A stretch of 64,000 nt of DNA from an uncultured Iamiaceae bacterium (lineage in GTDB: Bacteria; Actinomycetota; Acidimicrobiia; Acidimicrobiales; Iamiaceae): the NCBI GenBank assembly GCA_964544305.1, contig CAZJAZ010000002.1, forward strand, positions 59,775 through 123,774, given 5' to 3'. Made by a program: the position numbers and the translations under genes. Below, one piece after another: positions 8,816 to 18,328 of the stretch. The number at the start of each line of letters is the position of its first letter. The first letter of the stretch is position 1. The notes under the pieces are model-generated. The model was given only the letters and a program-made list of their open reading frames with translations, did not search any database and was not told the DNA's origin.

Positions 8816-10177
8816 TCAACCCACGACTTGCTTGAACAGCTCGTCACCATTTTCAAGGACAACCCAAGGTCGAGCCGTACGCAAGAACTGATGGCGTTCC
8901 ATAATGTCGTGTGCCCGGCCCACTTGATCACATCGCGCCAAGGCCGCAGCAACAATGTTCGCGGCGACAAGCGAGCCTGGCTGGTCATGCCAAGCTGCAC
9001 TCTCGAGCGACATGGAAGTAAAGAGCTCAATCTCAGAGTGAGCGGCACCCGTAATGGAACGCCGCTTCGAGCCCTTCTTGGTTTCAAGTTCCGCCGAGAT
9101 GAGATGGGCATAGGGCACAAGGGCGTGCAACGGTGATCCTTCGGGCGCGGCACGTGCAATCGTCCGAGCAAACGCAAACATTTCGCTCGACGTGCCACGG
9201 CCTCGTGGACTGAGTGCTTCCAGCATTCCAAGATGCGCCCCAATGAGATCGGGGCAGCGCTTCGTCGACTCGTCGAAGCGCATGCAGAGCTCTTCAAATG
9301 GAATACCGAGGGCGGCACCGGTGCGAACGAGAATGGTGAAAGGCACAGGATCGGCCTTATCGAGTTCGAATGCGGCGAATAAGTCGCGTTCTGCCAGAGC
9401 GAGTTCGGCGAAGTAGCGATCTTCGGATTCTTCATTCGCGCGATGAATCTCCGCGCTTAATGCAAGATTTGCTCCCCGCATGACAAAAGCATCGGCACAT
9501 TCGGGATCGTGTGCAACCCAATCGTCAAGTGTGGCGGTGAGATCATCGCCCCAAAGATGCAAGGCGATCCATTCACGCGATGGATTATTCGCAGCCACGA
9601 AGGTTGCTTTGGCTTGCAGCCAACTCCCCTCTTGGAGCGAGGTCCGGATTGCGTGAATTCGCTCATCCCCCACGCTTGGATCAACGCCAGCGAGATATGA
9701 CCCAACAACATCATTCACTTTGCTTCTCGGACCGCTCTCACTGGCACTCCCGTCGCCAACGAAGCCAACCACCGCATCACCTGGCTCAAACGCATCCTGT
9801 TGTTTGGGCCCAGTTGAAAGGATGCCGTCCACAATTGCTTCGGCATCGGCACGATCCATCAACACCATGGCCGGATGACCAGATGCGTCAACCACCAACA
9901 GGACATCACGGTCGTCAAATGGCTCGATTCGAGCACCGGTCACAACCGAACCCAGCTCCAGTGCCACGATTGGCTTTGCAAGTGCTGTATCGCCTCGATT
10001 TCGGCTTCCAAACACGAGCACCCTCCGGTCTGTTACTGCCCAAATCGTGGACGGGGGGAAGTGCTGGGCAGACTCGGTTCCTTTCACGCTGCGGCCACGA
10101 CCCGCTTCGATGACCTGCTCATCGGCGTGCAGCACGGAAGTTTGGGCGGCAACGATTCGTCGCAACGCCAGCGTCAT
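8816..10177 (-). CDS. hypothetical protein: N-terminal PH-like/bPH-like domain plus C-terminal helical-repeat domain (DUF4034-like)
   Basis: 453-aa ORF. Its ATG overlaps the stop of the upstream 61-aa ORF (ATGA). The C-terminal segment LSPRGRGTSSEMFAFA resembles the DUF4034 signature from memory only. Confidence 0.5.
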   Translation of the reverse strand: MTLALRRIVAAQTSVLHADEQVIEAGRGRSVKGTESAQHFPPSTIWAVTDRRVLVFGSRNRGDTALAKPIVALELGSVVTGARIEPFDDRDVLLVVDASGHPAMVLMDRADAEAIVDGILSTGPKQQDAFEPGDAVVGFVGDGSASESGPRSKVNDVVGSYLAGVDPSVGDERIHAIRTSLQEGSWLQAKATFVAANNPSREWIALHLWGDDLTATLDDWVAHDPECADAFVMRGANLALSAEIHRANEESEDRYFAELALAERDLFAAFELDKADPVPFTILVRTGAALGIPFEELCMRFDESTKRCPDLIGAHLGMLEALSPRGRGTSSEMFAFARTIARAAPEGSPLHALVPYAHLISAELETKKGSKRRSITGAAHSEIELFTSMSLESAAWHDQPGSLVAANIVAAALARCDQVGRAHDIMERHQFLRTARPWVVLENGDELFKQVVG

Positions 10178-10359
10178 CGTGGCCTGTCTTTCACGACCTC
10201 GCCCAAGAGCCGCATATCTCCGGTGCCCTCACCAGCCGAATCTGCGTGACGATGCTGCGCGTCCATGATCTTGCCGCACTCGTCACATACCACGTTCGCC
10301 CAACACGCCGGGTCCCCACCAAGCTCGTCGTCGATTTCATTCTCTGACATGGCTCTCAC
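10174..10359 (-). CDS. small acidic protein with a CCCH/zinc-ribbon-like motif
   Basis: 61 aa (or 58 aa from ATG 10350), with CWANVVCDECGKIMDAQHRH. It is locked between rnj (GTGA overlap) and the 453-aa gene (ATGA overlap). Confidence 0.4.
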   Translation of the reverse strand: MRAMSENEIDDELGGDPACWANVVCDECGKIMDAQHRHADSAGEGTGDMRLLGEVVKDRPR

Positions 10360-12020
10360 GTTTCCATCACAACGGGAACGATCATTGGCCGTCGCCGGGT
10401 CTGTTCATTCACGAAACGTCCGGTCGCTCGCCTGACGACGCGCTGCAACGCCTCAATATCAGTCGAATCATTGGCAAAGGCGCTCTTGATGGCATCAGTT
10501 ACGACCTCGCGCGCCCCGTCGATGAGATCATCCGCTTCGGGCGCGTACACCCAGCCACGCGTGATGATCTCTGGGCCCGTCACAATTGCTCCGCTGTGTG
10601 AATCGACGGTGACCACCACAACCACGACACCTTCTTCGGCAAGCACACGGCGATCGCGCAATACGCCGCCGCCAACGTCGCCGACTATTCCGTCAACAAA
10701 AAGGTATCCAGCGGGTACGGCGTCGGGGAGTCGAGTGACGCCGTCGTCGTCAATGACAAGCTGGTCACCATCTTCACAGACATGGATATGATCCTCGGCC
10801 ACCCCCATTGCGCGTGCAAGCTGCGCGTGCGCATGGAGATGACGAAACTCGCCGTGTACCGGCGTAAACCACTCAGGACGCGTGATTGAAAGCACCGTCT
10901 TGAGCTCTTCGGCCTTGGCGTGACCGGTTGCGTGCACATCTGAGATTCCAGAATCCACGACCTGAACACCAAGTCGTACCAGGTTGTCAATGACGCGCGA
11001 CACGCTCATTTCATTGCCCGGGATTGGGTGAGATGACAAGATGACCGTGTCGTTGTCGTTGAGTTTGAGCCAACGACTCTCGCCCGAAGCCATCAAGGTG
11101 AGCGCTGACATGGGTTCGCCTTGTGAACCCGTTGAAATCACACACACCCGACCCGGCTCGATTTGGTCAATCTGTTCGATATCGATGAGGTGCGAATCCG
11201 CAATGTGCAAGAGGCCCATTTCACGAGCAATCGCCACGTTCTTTTTCATTGACCGACCAAGCGTGGCAACGACTCTGCCATTGGCAACCGCGGCATCCGC
11301 AATCTGTTGCACCCGATGGATGTGGCTCGCAAAGCAAGCGGTGACAATGCGTCGACCGTGATGTTGCGTAAACAACCGATGCAAGACTTCACCGACACTT
11401 GATTCAGAGCGCGAATGTCCGTGTTCGATTGCATTGGTTGAGTCGCTCAACAACAGCCGGACGCCCTCATTTTCTGCAATGGCGCCCATGACCGAAAGAG
11501 CGGTCAGGCGACCATCAACCGGGTTGAGATCGATCTTGAAATCGCCCGTATGCAAGATGGTGCCTTGCGGGGTGTGAACCGCCGTGGCAAAGCCGTGTGG
11601 AACCGAGTGCGTGACTGGGATGAACTCACATTCAAACGGTCCAATGGCGCGGCGTTCGCCATCGGCAACCGTGATGAACTCGGTGCGAGAGCCGAGTCCT
11701 GCTTCAAGAATTCGGTTTGATGCGAGTGCAAGGGTGAGCGCAGATCCATAAATGGGGAAAGACAGTTCGCGTAGCAAATAGCTCAGGCCACCGACGTGAT
11801 CTTCGTGCCCATGCGTTGCGATCAGGCCAACAACTTTGTCAGCGTTTTCGTGCAACCACGTGAAATCTGGGAGCACAAGATCAATCCCGAGCATGTCTGC
11901 GTCGGGGAACATCAAGCCACAATCAATGAGCAAGATCGCATCCTGGTAACGAATTGCTGCGCAATTTCGACCGATCTCTCCAAGGCCTCCCAGGAAGGTG
12001 ACGGAGACTTGGTCGCTCAC
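10356..12020 (-). CDS. rnj: ribonuclease J
   Basis: Metallo-beta-lactamase HGHEDHVGG motif, beta-CASP architecture, 554 aa. The GTG start overlaps the dapA stop (GTGA). Confidence 0.9.
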   Translation of the reverse strand: MSDQVSVTFLGGLGEIGRNCAAIRYQDAILLIDCGLMFPDADMLGIDLVLPDFTWLHENADKVVGLIATHGHEDHVGGLSYLLRELSFPIYGSALTLALASNRILEAGLGSRTEFITVADGERRAIGPFECEFIPVTHSVPHGFATAVHTPQGTILHTGDFKIDLNPVDGRLTALSVMGAIAENEGVRLLLSDSTNAIEHGHSRSESSVGEVLHRLFTQHHGRRIVTACFASHIHRVQQIADAAVANGRVVATLGRSMKKNVAIAREMGLLHIADSHLIDIEQIDQIEPGRVCVISTGSQGEPMSALTLMASGESRWLKLNDNDTVILSSHPIPGNEMSVSRVIDNLVRLGVQVVDSGISDVHATGHAKAEELKTVLSITRPEWFTPVHGEFRHLHAHAQLARAMGVAEDHIHVCEDGDQLVIDDDGVTRLPDAVPAGYLFVDGIVGDVGGGVLRDRRVLAEEGVVVVVVTVDSHSGAIVTGPEIITRGWVYAPEADDLIDGAREVVTDAIKSAFANDSTDIEALQRVVRRATGRFVNEQTRRRPMIVPVVMET

Positions 12021-12907
12021 TGAACCACCTGCAATGCAAGTGCGGTCGCGAGCACCCTGGCCCGCTCATCAAGTTCTTGCGGCGCATTGCCCAGCGGCAA
12101 TCGACATTGCCCCACTGGATGCCCAAGTACACGCATCATTGCTTTGGCCGGAAGAGGATTCGGGGTTGCATCCGACGATTCAAACGCGTACGACGACAGC
12201 ATTGCTTCGTTGTAACGCCGGGCAGTTTCAACTTCACCGTTGCAAAATGCTGCGATCATGGACGACGTTGTCTTGCCCATCCAGTGGGTGGCAACGCCAA
12301 CAACGCCTACGGCTCCTACCGCGAGCAAGGCAAGGGTCAATGCATCGTCGCCGCTATAAACTTCGAAACCTTTCGGAGCTTGGGCGATAAGCCGCGCCGT
12401 TTCACCTGGATCTCCCGCCGCATCTTTCAAGGCAACAACATTTGAGATCTGGGCGAGCTCCAAAATGACTTCGGTGGAAATTTTTCGGCCACTTCGAACC
12501 GGGATGTCATAGAGCATCACAGGGAGCGATGTTGCCGACGCGACCGCCTCAAAGTGTTGCTGGATCCCTGACGGTGACGGCCGGTTGTAATACGGGCAGA
12601 CCGCGAGAATGCCATCGACGCCCTCGGCCGTCAGACGTGAGGTCAACTCGACACTGTGTGCGGTGTCGTTCGTCGATGCCCCCACAACGATTTGGCAATC
12701 AACCGCGGCACGCACCGCGCGAACAAGCGCGACGTCTTCATCGTCAGTGAGCACAGAGCCTTCGCCGGTGCTGCCCGCAAGCACGAGGCCGTCACTCCCG
12801 TTGGCAACGAGCCACCGTGCCAACTCTGCTGCCGCATCGGTGTCAAGCTGGCCTGCATTGTCGAATGGGGTGACCATCGCGGTGAGCACGCGGCCAAAAT
12901 GTGCCAT
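12017..12907 (-). CDS. dapA: 4-hydroxy-tetrahydrodipicolinate synthase
   Basis: Typical DapA N-terminus (GRVLTAMVTPF...GLVLAGSTGEG), about 296 aa, in the classical actinobacterial dapA-rnj arrangement. Confidence 0.9.
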   Translation of the reverse strand: MAHFGRVLTAMVTPFDNAGQLDTDAAAELARWLVANGSDGLVLAGSTGEGSVLTDDEDVALVRAVRAAVDCQIVVGASTNDTAHSVELTSRLTAEGVDGILAVCPYYNRPSPSGIQQHFEAVASATSLPVMLYDIPVRSGRKISTEVILELAQISNVVALKDAAGDPGETARLIAQAPKGFEVYSGDDALTLALLAVGAVGVVGVATHWMGKTTSSMIAAFCNGEVETARRYNEAMLSSYAFESSDATPNPLPAKAMMRVLGHPVGQCRLPLGNAPQELDERARVLATALALQVVQ

Positions 12908-12975
12908 CAGAATTCCCTCATTGTGGTACGCCGGTTACTCATCGTAACGATCCTACCAATCGCCCCCGCGCGTCA

Positions 12976-13015
12976 CGTCCCGGGAGTCGGTCAACACGAC
13001 CAATCCCCCGGGACG
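12976..13015 (-). terminator. GC-rich hairpin downstream of the diiron gene (possible terminator without a U-tract)
   Basis: CGTCCCGGG (12976-12984) pairs with CCCGGGACG (13007-13015). An inner GTCG/CGAC stem is also present. No T-run follows. Confidence 0.2.
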
Positions 13016-13049
13016 AACCGGAACGACGTTTGTGCAATCAGTGCACTGT

Positions 13050-14204
13050 TCAGGCGGCACCTTCACGACGTGCGGCCAAGTCATCGGCAACAGAAAATTC
13101 TTCGTACTCGGACTCGGTATCGGCCCAGTCCTCAAACTGAATCACCCCAAGCTCACCGAACTTCTTGCGCAACCAGCCGTCTCCTGCATCAAGAAGACCG
13201 AGCTTCTTACAGTTCGGAACGATTTTGGTGAACAGCATTTGCTGGAATACAAGTCGTTCAGGTGCGTTCATGACGAGTTCGACGGTGTCTTTCACCGGTA
13301 CACCCATGCGCTCCCACACTTCTTGCTGCAAGAAACGGTCACGCATCCGCACGGCCGCTTCAAAAGCAAACTCTTGACGCTCAAGCAATTCGGCATTGGT
13401 CAAGTCTTCGTAATGTTCTTTGAGGCTCAGCACACCGAAGGCTACGTGGCGTGCTTCATCGGCCATGACGTACTTGAGGAGTTGCTTGAGCAACGGCTCG
13501 GTGGTGAGTTGGCGGATGAAACCAAATGCAGCGAGCGCCAGGCCTTCCACCATGATCTGCATGCCCAGGTAGGTCATGTCCCAGCGTGAGTCGTTCACTA
13601 TGTCATCAAGTAACAACCCTAGATGCGCATTCACCGGGTAGTGGCCGCTCAGTTTCTCGTTGAGATATTTGGCGAAAACTTCAACGTGACGAGCTTCATC
13701 CATGACTTGGGTCGCGCCGTAGTACTTTGCATCAATCCACGGCACCGTCTCAACAATCTTTGCCGTACAAATCAATGCACCCTGCTCACCATGCAAGAAC
13801 TGTGACAATGTCCAGTTCTGTGACTCAATGCCAAATTGGATCCAGTCTTTTTCTGAGAACTTCTCAAAGGGCGTGCCCGCAAGATCTCGTTCGCCACTAA
13901 AAAGGCCACCGTTGGCAACCGAGTTGTCCATGACCACCTTTTCTTGGTCAACATCGGTGTCCCACGGCAAGTCTGTCTCGCCATTCCACTGGCTGTTTTT
14001 GGCCTTTTCGTACAACTTGTTCAGGCCGGGGCGCGCACCTTTTTCATAGTCCCAGGTGAAGATGGCGTCGGCGTTGTCTTTCACCCGGTGTGCGAGTGCG
14101 TCGACATCGGTATTGACCACCGAAAGGATTTTCTCAAGGTCGTTAATGTCTTGACGCCCGATGAGCGCTTCGTTGTCAGCGCGAGAAGAGTCAATGGTGG
14201 TCAT
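13050..14204 (-). CDS. ferritin-like diiron-carboxylate protein (AurF/R2-like superfamily), copy 1
   Basis: Four-helix ligand pattern E...DEARH...E...DEARH (LHGEQGAL, MDEARHVEVF, MVEGLAL, MADEARHVAFG). It starts 15 nt downstream of the TetR gene. Confidence 0.7.
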   Translation of the reverse strand: MTTIDSSRADNEALIGRQDINDLEKILSVVNTDVDALAHRVKDNADAIFTWDYEKGARPGLNKLYEKAKNSQWNGETDLPWDTDVDQEKVVMDNSVANGGLFSGERDLAGTPFEKFSEKDWIQFGIESQNWTLSQFLHGEQGALICTAKIVETVPWIDAKYYGATQVMDEARHVEVFAKYLNEKLSGHYPVNAHLGLLLDDIVNDSRWDMTYLGMQIMVEGLALAAFGFIRQLTTEPLLKQLLKYVMADEARHVAFGVLSLKEHYEDLTNAELLERQEFAFEAAVRMRDRFLQQEVWERMGVPVKDTVELVMNAPERLVFQQMLFTKIVPNCKKLGLLDAGDGWLRKKFGELGVIQFEDWADTESEYEEFSVADDLAARREGAA

Positions 14205-14218
14205 GATGAAGGTGCCTC

Positions 14219-14827
14219 CTAGGCGGATACGGCAAGTGCGTGGTGCACGGTGGGTACAAGGTGGCGCTCCACGATGGTGTGAACATCGTGTGCGTTGGTC
14301 AGATCAATGTGATCAGAGGGTTGGAACACATGAGAAAGGGTGATGCGGGTTGCCATTTCAATGAGCCGAGTCGACCGATCGCCAACGAAACGTTCAAACT
14401 CGGGCGCAAGAGCATGGGACACCAATGAGTACAAGCGGTCTATCTCACTAAAACCGAGATAGGGCAAAACCATGCCCGGTTCGTGTACCAGCATGAAACG
14501 AAAGCCTTGGTGCTCGGCAAGGCCACGGGTTGCACTCAAGATGACTGCCGTGAGAGCTTGGCCTAGGTCATCGTGTTGCGCTGCTTGTGCTCGTGCTTCC
14601 GCAAAAAAGCCTTGGAGTTCTCCGAGCGCGTACCGCGCCATGATCTGGCGCTTGCCTCCGGGAAAGATTCGGTACACGGTCGCTCGGCTACATCCTGCTT
14701 CTCTGGCGAGATCATTCACCGTGGTCTTTGCCACCCCCCATCGAGCCAGCAGGTGACCAGACGCGTCAATTAATGCTTGATCAACGTCCCCCGTGGTCGG
14801 CCCTGCGGCTCTGGGATGGTCCCCCAT
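14219..14827 (-). CDS. TetR family transcriptional regulator
   Basis: N-terminal HTH TTVNDLAREAGCSRATVYRIFPGG. Confidence 0.8.
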   Translation of the reverse strand: MGDHPRAAGPTTGDVDQALIDASGHLLARWGVAKTTVNDLAREAGCSRATVYRIFPGGKRQIMARYALGELQGFFAEARAQAAQHDDLGQALTAVILSATRGLAEHQGFRFMLVHEPGMVLPYLGFSEIDRLYSLVSHALAPEFERFVGDRSTRLIEMATRITLSHVFQPSDHIDLTNAHDVHTIVERHLVPTVHHALAVSA

Positions 14828-14876
14828 GGGTGAGACAGTAAGAGGTTCGGTGTCTCATCGTCAAGCAAATGAACTC

Positions 14877-14890
14877 GTGACTTGCGTCAC
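14877..14890. promoter_or_regulatory. inverted repeat GTGAC-TTGC-GTCAC upstream of the TetR/diiron operon (candidate operator)
   Basis: Seen directly, 50-63 nt upstream of the TetR ATG at 14827. Confidence 0.2.
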
Positions 14891-14905
14891 ACACATTGGC
14901 TTGCG

Positions 14906-15532
14906 CTACGAATTCGCGACAATCCCTGCCAGAAGTTGGCCTCGTACTAACTCACGCACTTGATCAGGCTGTCGCAAGTCCCAACTCCCCTCGCCCATGA
15001 TGAACGTCAATATCATGCGTGCGAGATACTCCGCCGAGTCATCAACGTCGACTCCATCGACGAGTTTTTCCGATGCGAGAAGCGGTGTGAGATACGCCTG
15101 CAACGCCTCAATCATTAACGGAACCGACGTCGACAAATGGGGCAACAATCGCTCGGGTTCGGTTGCAAAAACCTTTTGGAAAACCTCATGATGAGCAAGT
15201 TCGTTTCTGGCAAAAGGCAAGCCAAACTCAAGCCGTGCGGCGAGATCTCCAACGTTTTCAACTTCAATGGCGAGACGTCGAAAGAACCGGGCAACTTCCC
15301 ATTCGATCGTCGCATCAAAGAGTTCGTCCCGGCCTCCTGGAAAGTACCGATACACCGTCGCTCGACCGACCTTGGCAAGCGCTGCGACTGCATCAAGCGA
15401 CGTGCCTGCGAAACCATCGCGTCCGACACAGACGACTGACGCAGCAAGAATGCGTTCGCGTGTGTCTCCGGGCACGTTCGGAGAGTTTAGGAAAACTCTT
15501 GAGGCGGATTGCTTACTTTCGGGCAGCGGCAT
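14906..15532 (-). CDS. TetR family transcriptional regulator
   Basis: HTH TSLDAVAALAKVGRATVYRYFPGG. The ORF extends to 15643 but overlaps the upstream diiron gene. Likely starts are ATG 15532 or GTG 15475. Confidence 0.75.
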   Translation of the reverse strand: MPLPESKQSASRVFLNSPNVPGDTRERILAASVVCVGRDGFAGTSLDAVAALAKVGRATVYRYFPGGRDELFDATIEWEVARFFRRLAIEVENVGDLAARLEFGLPFARNELAHHEVFQKVFATEPERLLPHLSTSVPLMIEALQAYLTPLLASEKLVDGVDVDDSAEYLARMILTFIMGEGSWDLRQPDQVRELVRGQLLAGIVANS

Positions 15533-16655
15533 CTTCGACGACAGAAAAGTCGTCGTACTCGGATTCGGTATCGGCCCAGTCTTCAAACTGAATGACGCCA
15601 AGTTCACCGAACTTGGTGCGCAACCAGCCATCGCCCGCATCAAGGAGACCGAGTTTCTTGCAGTTCGGCACGATCTTGGTGAACAGCATTTGCTGGAACA
15701 CGTCTCGCTCGGGTGCGTTCATCACAATCTCGAGTGTGTCTTTGACGGGCACGCCCATGCGTTCCCACACTTCTTGTTGCAAGAAGCGGTCACGCATTCG
15801 CACTGCTGCTTCGAATGCGAACTCTTGTCGATCACGAAGTTCCGCAACCGTGAGTTCGGTGTAATAATCCTTGAGGCTCAACACGCCAAAGGCAACATGG
15901 CGAGCTTCATCTGCCATGACGTACTTGAGAATCTGTTTGAGCAGTGGCTCGGTCGTGAGTTGTCGAATAAAGCCGAATGCCGCAAGCGCCAGGCCTTCCA
16001 CCATGATCTGCATGCCCAGATAGGTCATGTCCCAGCGTGAGTCGTTCACAATGTCATCAAGGAGCAACCCAAGATGGGCATTGACCGGATAGTGGCCGTT
16101 CAGTTTTTCGTTCAGGTACTTCGCGAACACTTCAACGTGACGGGCTTCGTCCATCACTTGCGTTGATCCGTAGTACTTCGCATCAATCCACGGCACCGTC
16201 TCAACGATCTTTGCCGTACAAATCAACGCACCCTGCTCACCATGCAAAAACTGCGACAACGTCCAATTCTGCGACTCCACACCGAACTTCAACCAGTCTG
16301 CTTCGGAAAACTTGGCAAGCGGAGAACCGGATAAGTCAACATCACCGCTCATTAAACCAATGTTCGCAATCGACATTTCTTTGGCGACCTGTTCTGGGTC
16401 GACTTCAACGCTCCAGTCAATGTCGGTGATCGCGTTCCACTGGTTCTTCTTCGCTTTGTCGTACAGCTTGACCAGACCGGGTCGCGCACCTACCTGGTAG
16501 TCCCAAGTGAAAATGGCGTCCGCGTTGTTCTTTACAACGTGCATGACGGAGTCCACGTCGTTGTTGGTAACCGCCAGAATCTCCGCCAAATCATTGAGAT
16601 TCGCTCGACCGATTATTTGTTCGGTTGCAGCGTGTGGCGTTGCGAGATCTGTCAT
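15513..16655 (-). CDS. ferritin-like diiron-carboxylate protein (AurF/R2-like superfamily), copy 2
   Basis: Same ligand pattern as copy 1. Near-identical to copy 1 from ESQNWTLSQF to the C-terminus; the N-terminal third is divergent. Confidence 0.7.
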   Translation of the reverse strand: MTDLATPHAATEQIIGRANLNDLAEILAVTNNDVDSVMHVVKNNADAIFTWDYQVGARPGLVKLYDKAKKNQWNAITDIDWSVEVDPEQVAKEMSIANIGLMSGDVDLSGSPLAKFSEADWLKFGVESQNWTLSQFLHGEQGALICTAKIVETVPWIDAKYYGSTQVMDEARHVEVFAKYLNEKLNGHYPVNAHLGLLLDDIVNDSRWDMTYLGMQIMVEGLALAAFGFIRQLTTEPLLKQILKYVMADEARHVAFGVLSLKDYYTELTVAELRDRQEFAFEAAVRMRDRFLQQEVWERMGVPVKDTLEIVMNAPERDVFQQMLFTKIVPNCKKLGLLDAGDGWLRTKFGELGVIQFEDWADTESEYDDFSVVEDAAARK

Positions 16656-16810
16656 GTGGATGTCTCCGATCGGTGCAAGTCATTGCAGTGGTCGGGGTCG
16701 TCGCGGCAAGCCACGTCGTGTCGCCGCAGTCTGCGTGCTGCGAACCCCCATGGGCGTGACGATACGAAATCAAGATGTGACGCGTCAGGGCCCAAAGTCC
16801 GTGACGAAGG

Positions 16811-17689
16811 TCACCGATGGAGGGTGGATTGGTCCGCGCCGGTCATATCGATGATGCCGTCGTCATCGATGAACGCACCTTCGGGGAGATCATCGTCGAT
16901 TGGTGGCGCATCACGTTCGCCTTCGCGGTCTTTGGCCATGATCCACAACAAGAACGGATACCCAACAACCACGACGCCGGCGAAGACAAACCACTGGAGC
17001 GTGTACGAAAGATGCGGTCCATTTGACAATGGAGCAGGTTCGAGGTTCGCTGGGCTGCGTGGCCCCGGATCACGTGGCGCTTGATCACTTCGCTGTACAA
17101 ACGCAGGTACGAGCGGTTGAGAGAACTCTTGTGCAATACGTTTGATGTCAATGCGCAAGAACGATCGTTGGTTTGCAACATTGCGCTCTGGTGACTCACC
17201 CTCAGCTTGTGGCTGTGTTTCTGACACCAGGCCGGTGACACGTACCTGCCCGGTTGGCGGCTTCGCATCAGTTGGTGGCGTCGTGATTTGGCCGGTGGAA
17301 GGCAGCCAACCCCGATTTATGAGCACCACCCGACCGTCGCCAAGTTGCAACGGCGTGACAATCCAGACGCCGGGAATACCATCGGCGCTGGCTTGTCCGG
17401 TGATGACCATTTCCTTATTCACCAGATACTTTCCCGTCACGCGCACACGCCGATTCAACTCGTGATGAACGTCTTTGAACGTGGAACCGTTGGGAAGCAC
17501 TGCATCAAGCGACGAAACAGGTGCTTGCATATTCGCGACAACCTGTCGATTGAACGCCTGGCGCTCGTGGAGTCGCCGAATCTGCCAGAAACCAAGGTTG
17601 ACCGCCATGACAACGAATGCCAGGGCAATGAGGTGGCCAAATATCCATTTCGGTTTCGCGGCGAATGCGAAGCGAGACACAGCTGTCAA
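16811..17689 (-). CDS. SURF1 family protein (cytochrome oxidase assembly)
   Basis: N-terminal TM helix with LGFWQIRRLHERQ, a C-terminal TM helix, and the typical SURF1 NRGW (LINRGWLP) block. Confidence 0.7.
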   Translation of the reverse strand: MTAVSRFAFAAKPKWIFGHLIALAFVVMAVNLGFWQIRRLHERQAFNRQVVANMQAPVSSLDAVLPNGSTFKDVHHELNRRVRVTGKYLVNKEMVITGQASADGIPGVWIVTPLQLGDGRVVLINRGWLPSTGQITTPPTDAKPPTGQVRVTGLVSETQPQAEGESPERNVANQRSFLRIDIKRIAQEFSQPLVPAFVQRSDQAPRDPGPRSPANLEPAPLSNGPHLSYTLQWFVFAGVVVVGYPFLLWIMAKDREGERDAPPIDDDLPEGAFIDDDGIIDMTGADQSTLHR

Positions 17690-17725
17690 GGCTACGAGGC
17701 GCTCATGGAATTGCCCACATTTGGG

Positions 17726-18178
17726 TCACCACAGCCCAAACTTAAGCCCTCCAGCCAGGGTTGCCCCGAGTTCACGTGCCGCGGCAAGGTCATCCTCACC
17801 AATCGCACCGATCACGATCAGTGGCGGTTGCACTTGAGTCCATTTGAGGCCGGTGAGAATCTTGTTCGTGTCACTGAGCGCGCCGGTTGCGTCGGTATCT
17901 CCTTTGAAAACAAGCGCGCAGGGTCTGCGTACCTGTGCATCAACACATGGATAGTAAATGCGCTCAAGAAAGTCTTTCATTAAGCCGGCGATCATGCCGA
18001 GACGTGGCGGAGCCGCAAGGACGACAAGATCTGATGCAAACACATCATTGGGACCGACATCTTGAGGAGCGCCAACTCGGACATCAACGCCTTCGACGCC
18101 ATCGCTTGTTGCGCCGTCAACGAGCGCATCAACAAGCTGCGCGTTCGAACCGGTCCGCGACGTGCACACGACAAGCAT
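17726..18178 (-). CDS. flavodoxin-like fold / NAD(P)H-dependent FMN reductase-like protein
   Basis: MLVVCTSRTGSN N-terminus and about 150 aa with an alternating beta-alpha pattern. Start re-picked at ATG 18178. Confidence 0.45.
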   Translation of the reverse strand: MLVVCTSRTGSNAQLVDALVDGATSDGVEGVDVRVGAPQDVGPNDVFASDLVVLAAPPRLGMIAGLMKDFLERIYYPCVDAQVRRPCALVFKGDTDATGALSDTNKILTGLKWTQVQPPLIVIGAIGEDDLAAARELGATLAGGLKFGLW

Positions 18179-18328
18179 GGTGCATTCATTCATGCAACAA
18201 ATTCCCACAACACGCGCCGAAATCGATCCCTCCCCCGTTCACGGAGCAAAGCCCCATGAACGGGAGTAGATCAAAGCACATCATTTCGTTTCGTTCCGCT
18301 TGCTGAACCGCTTCGCGAATAGTTGGGT

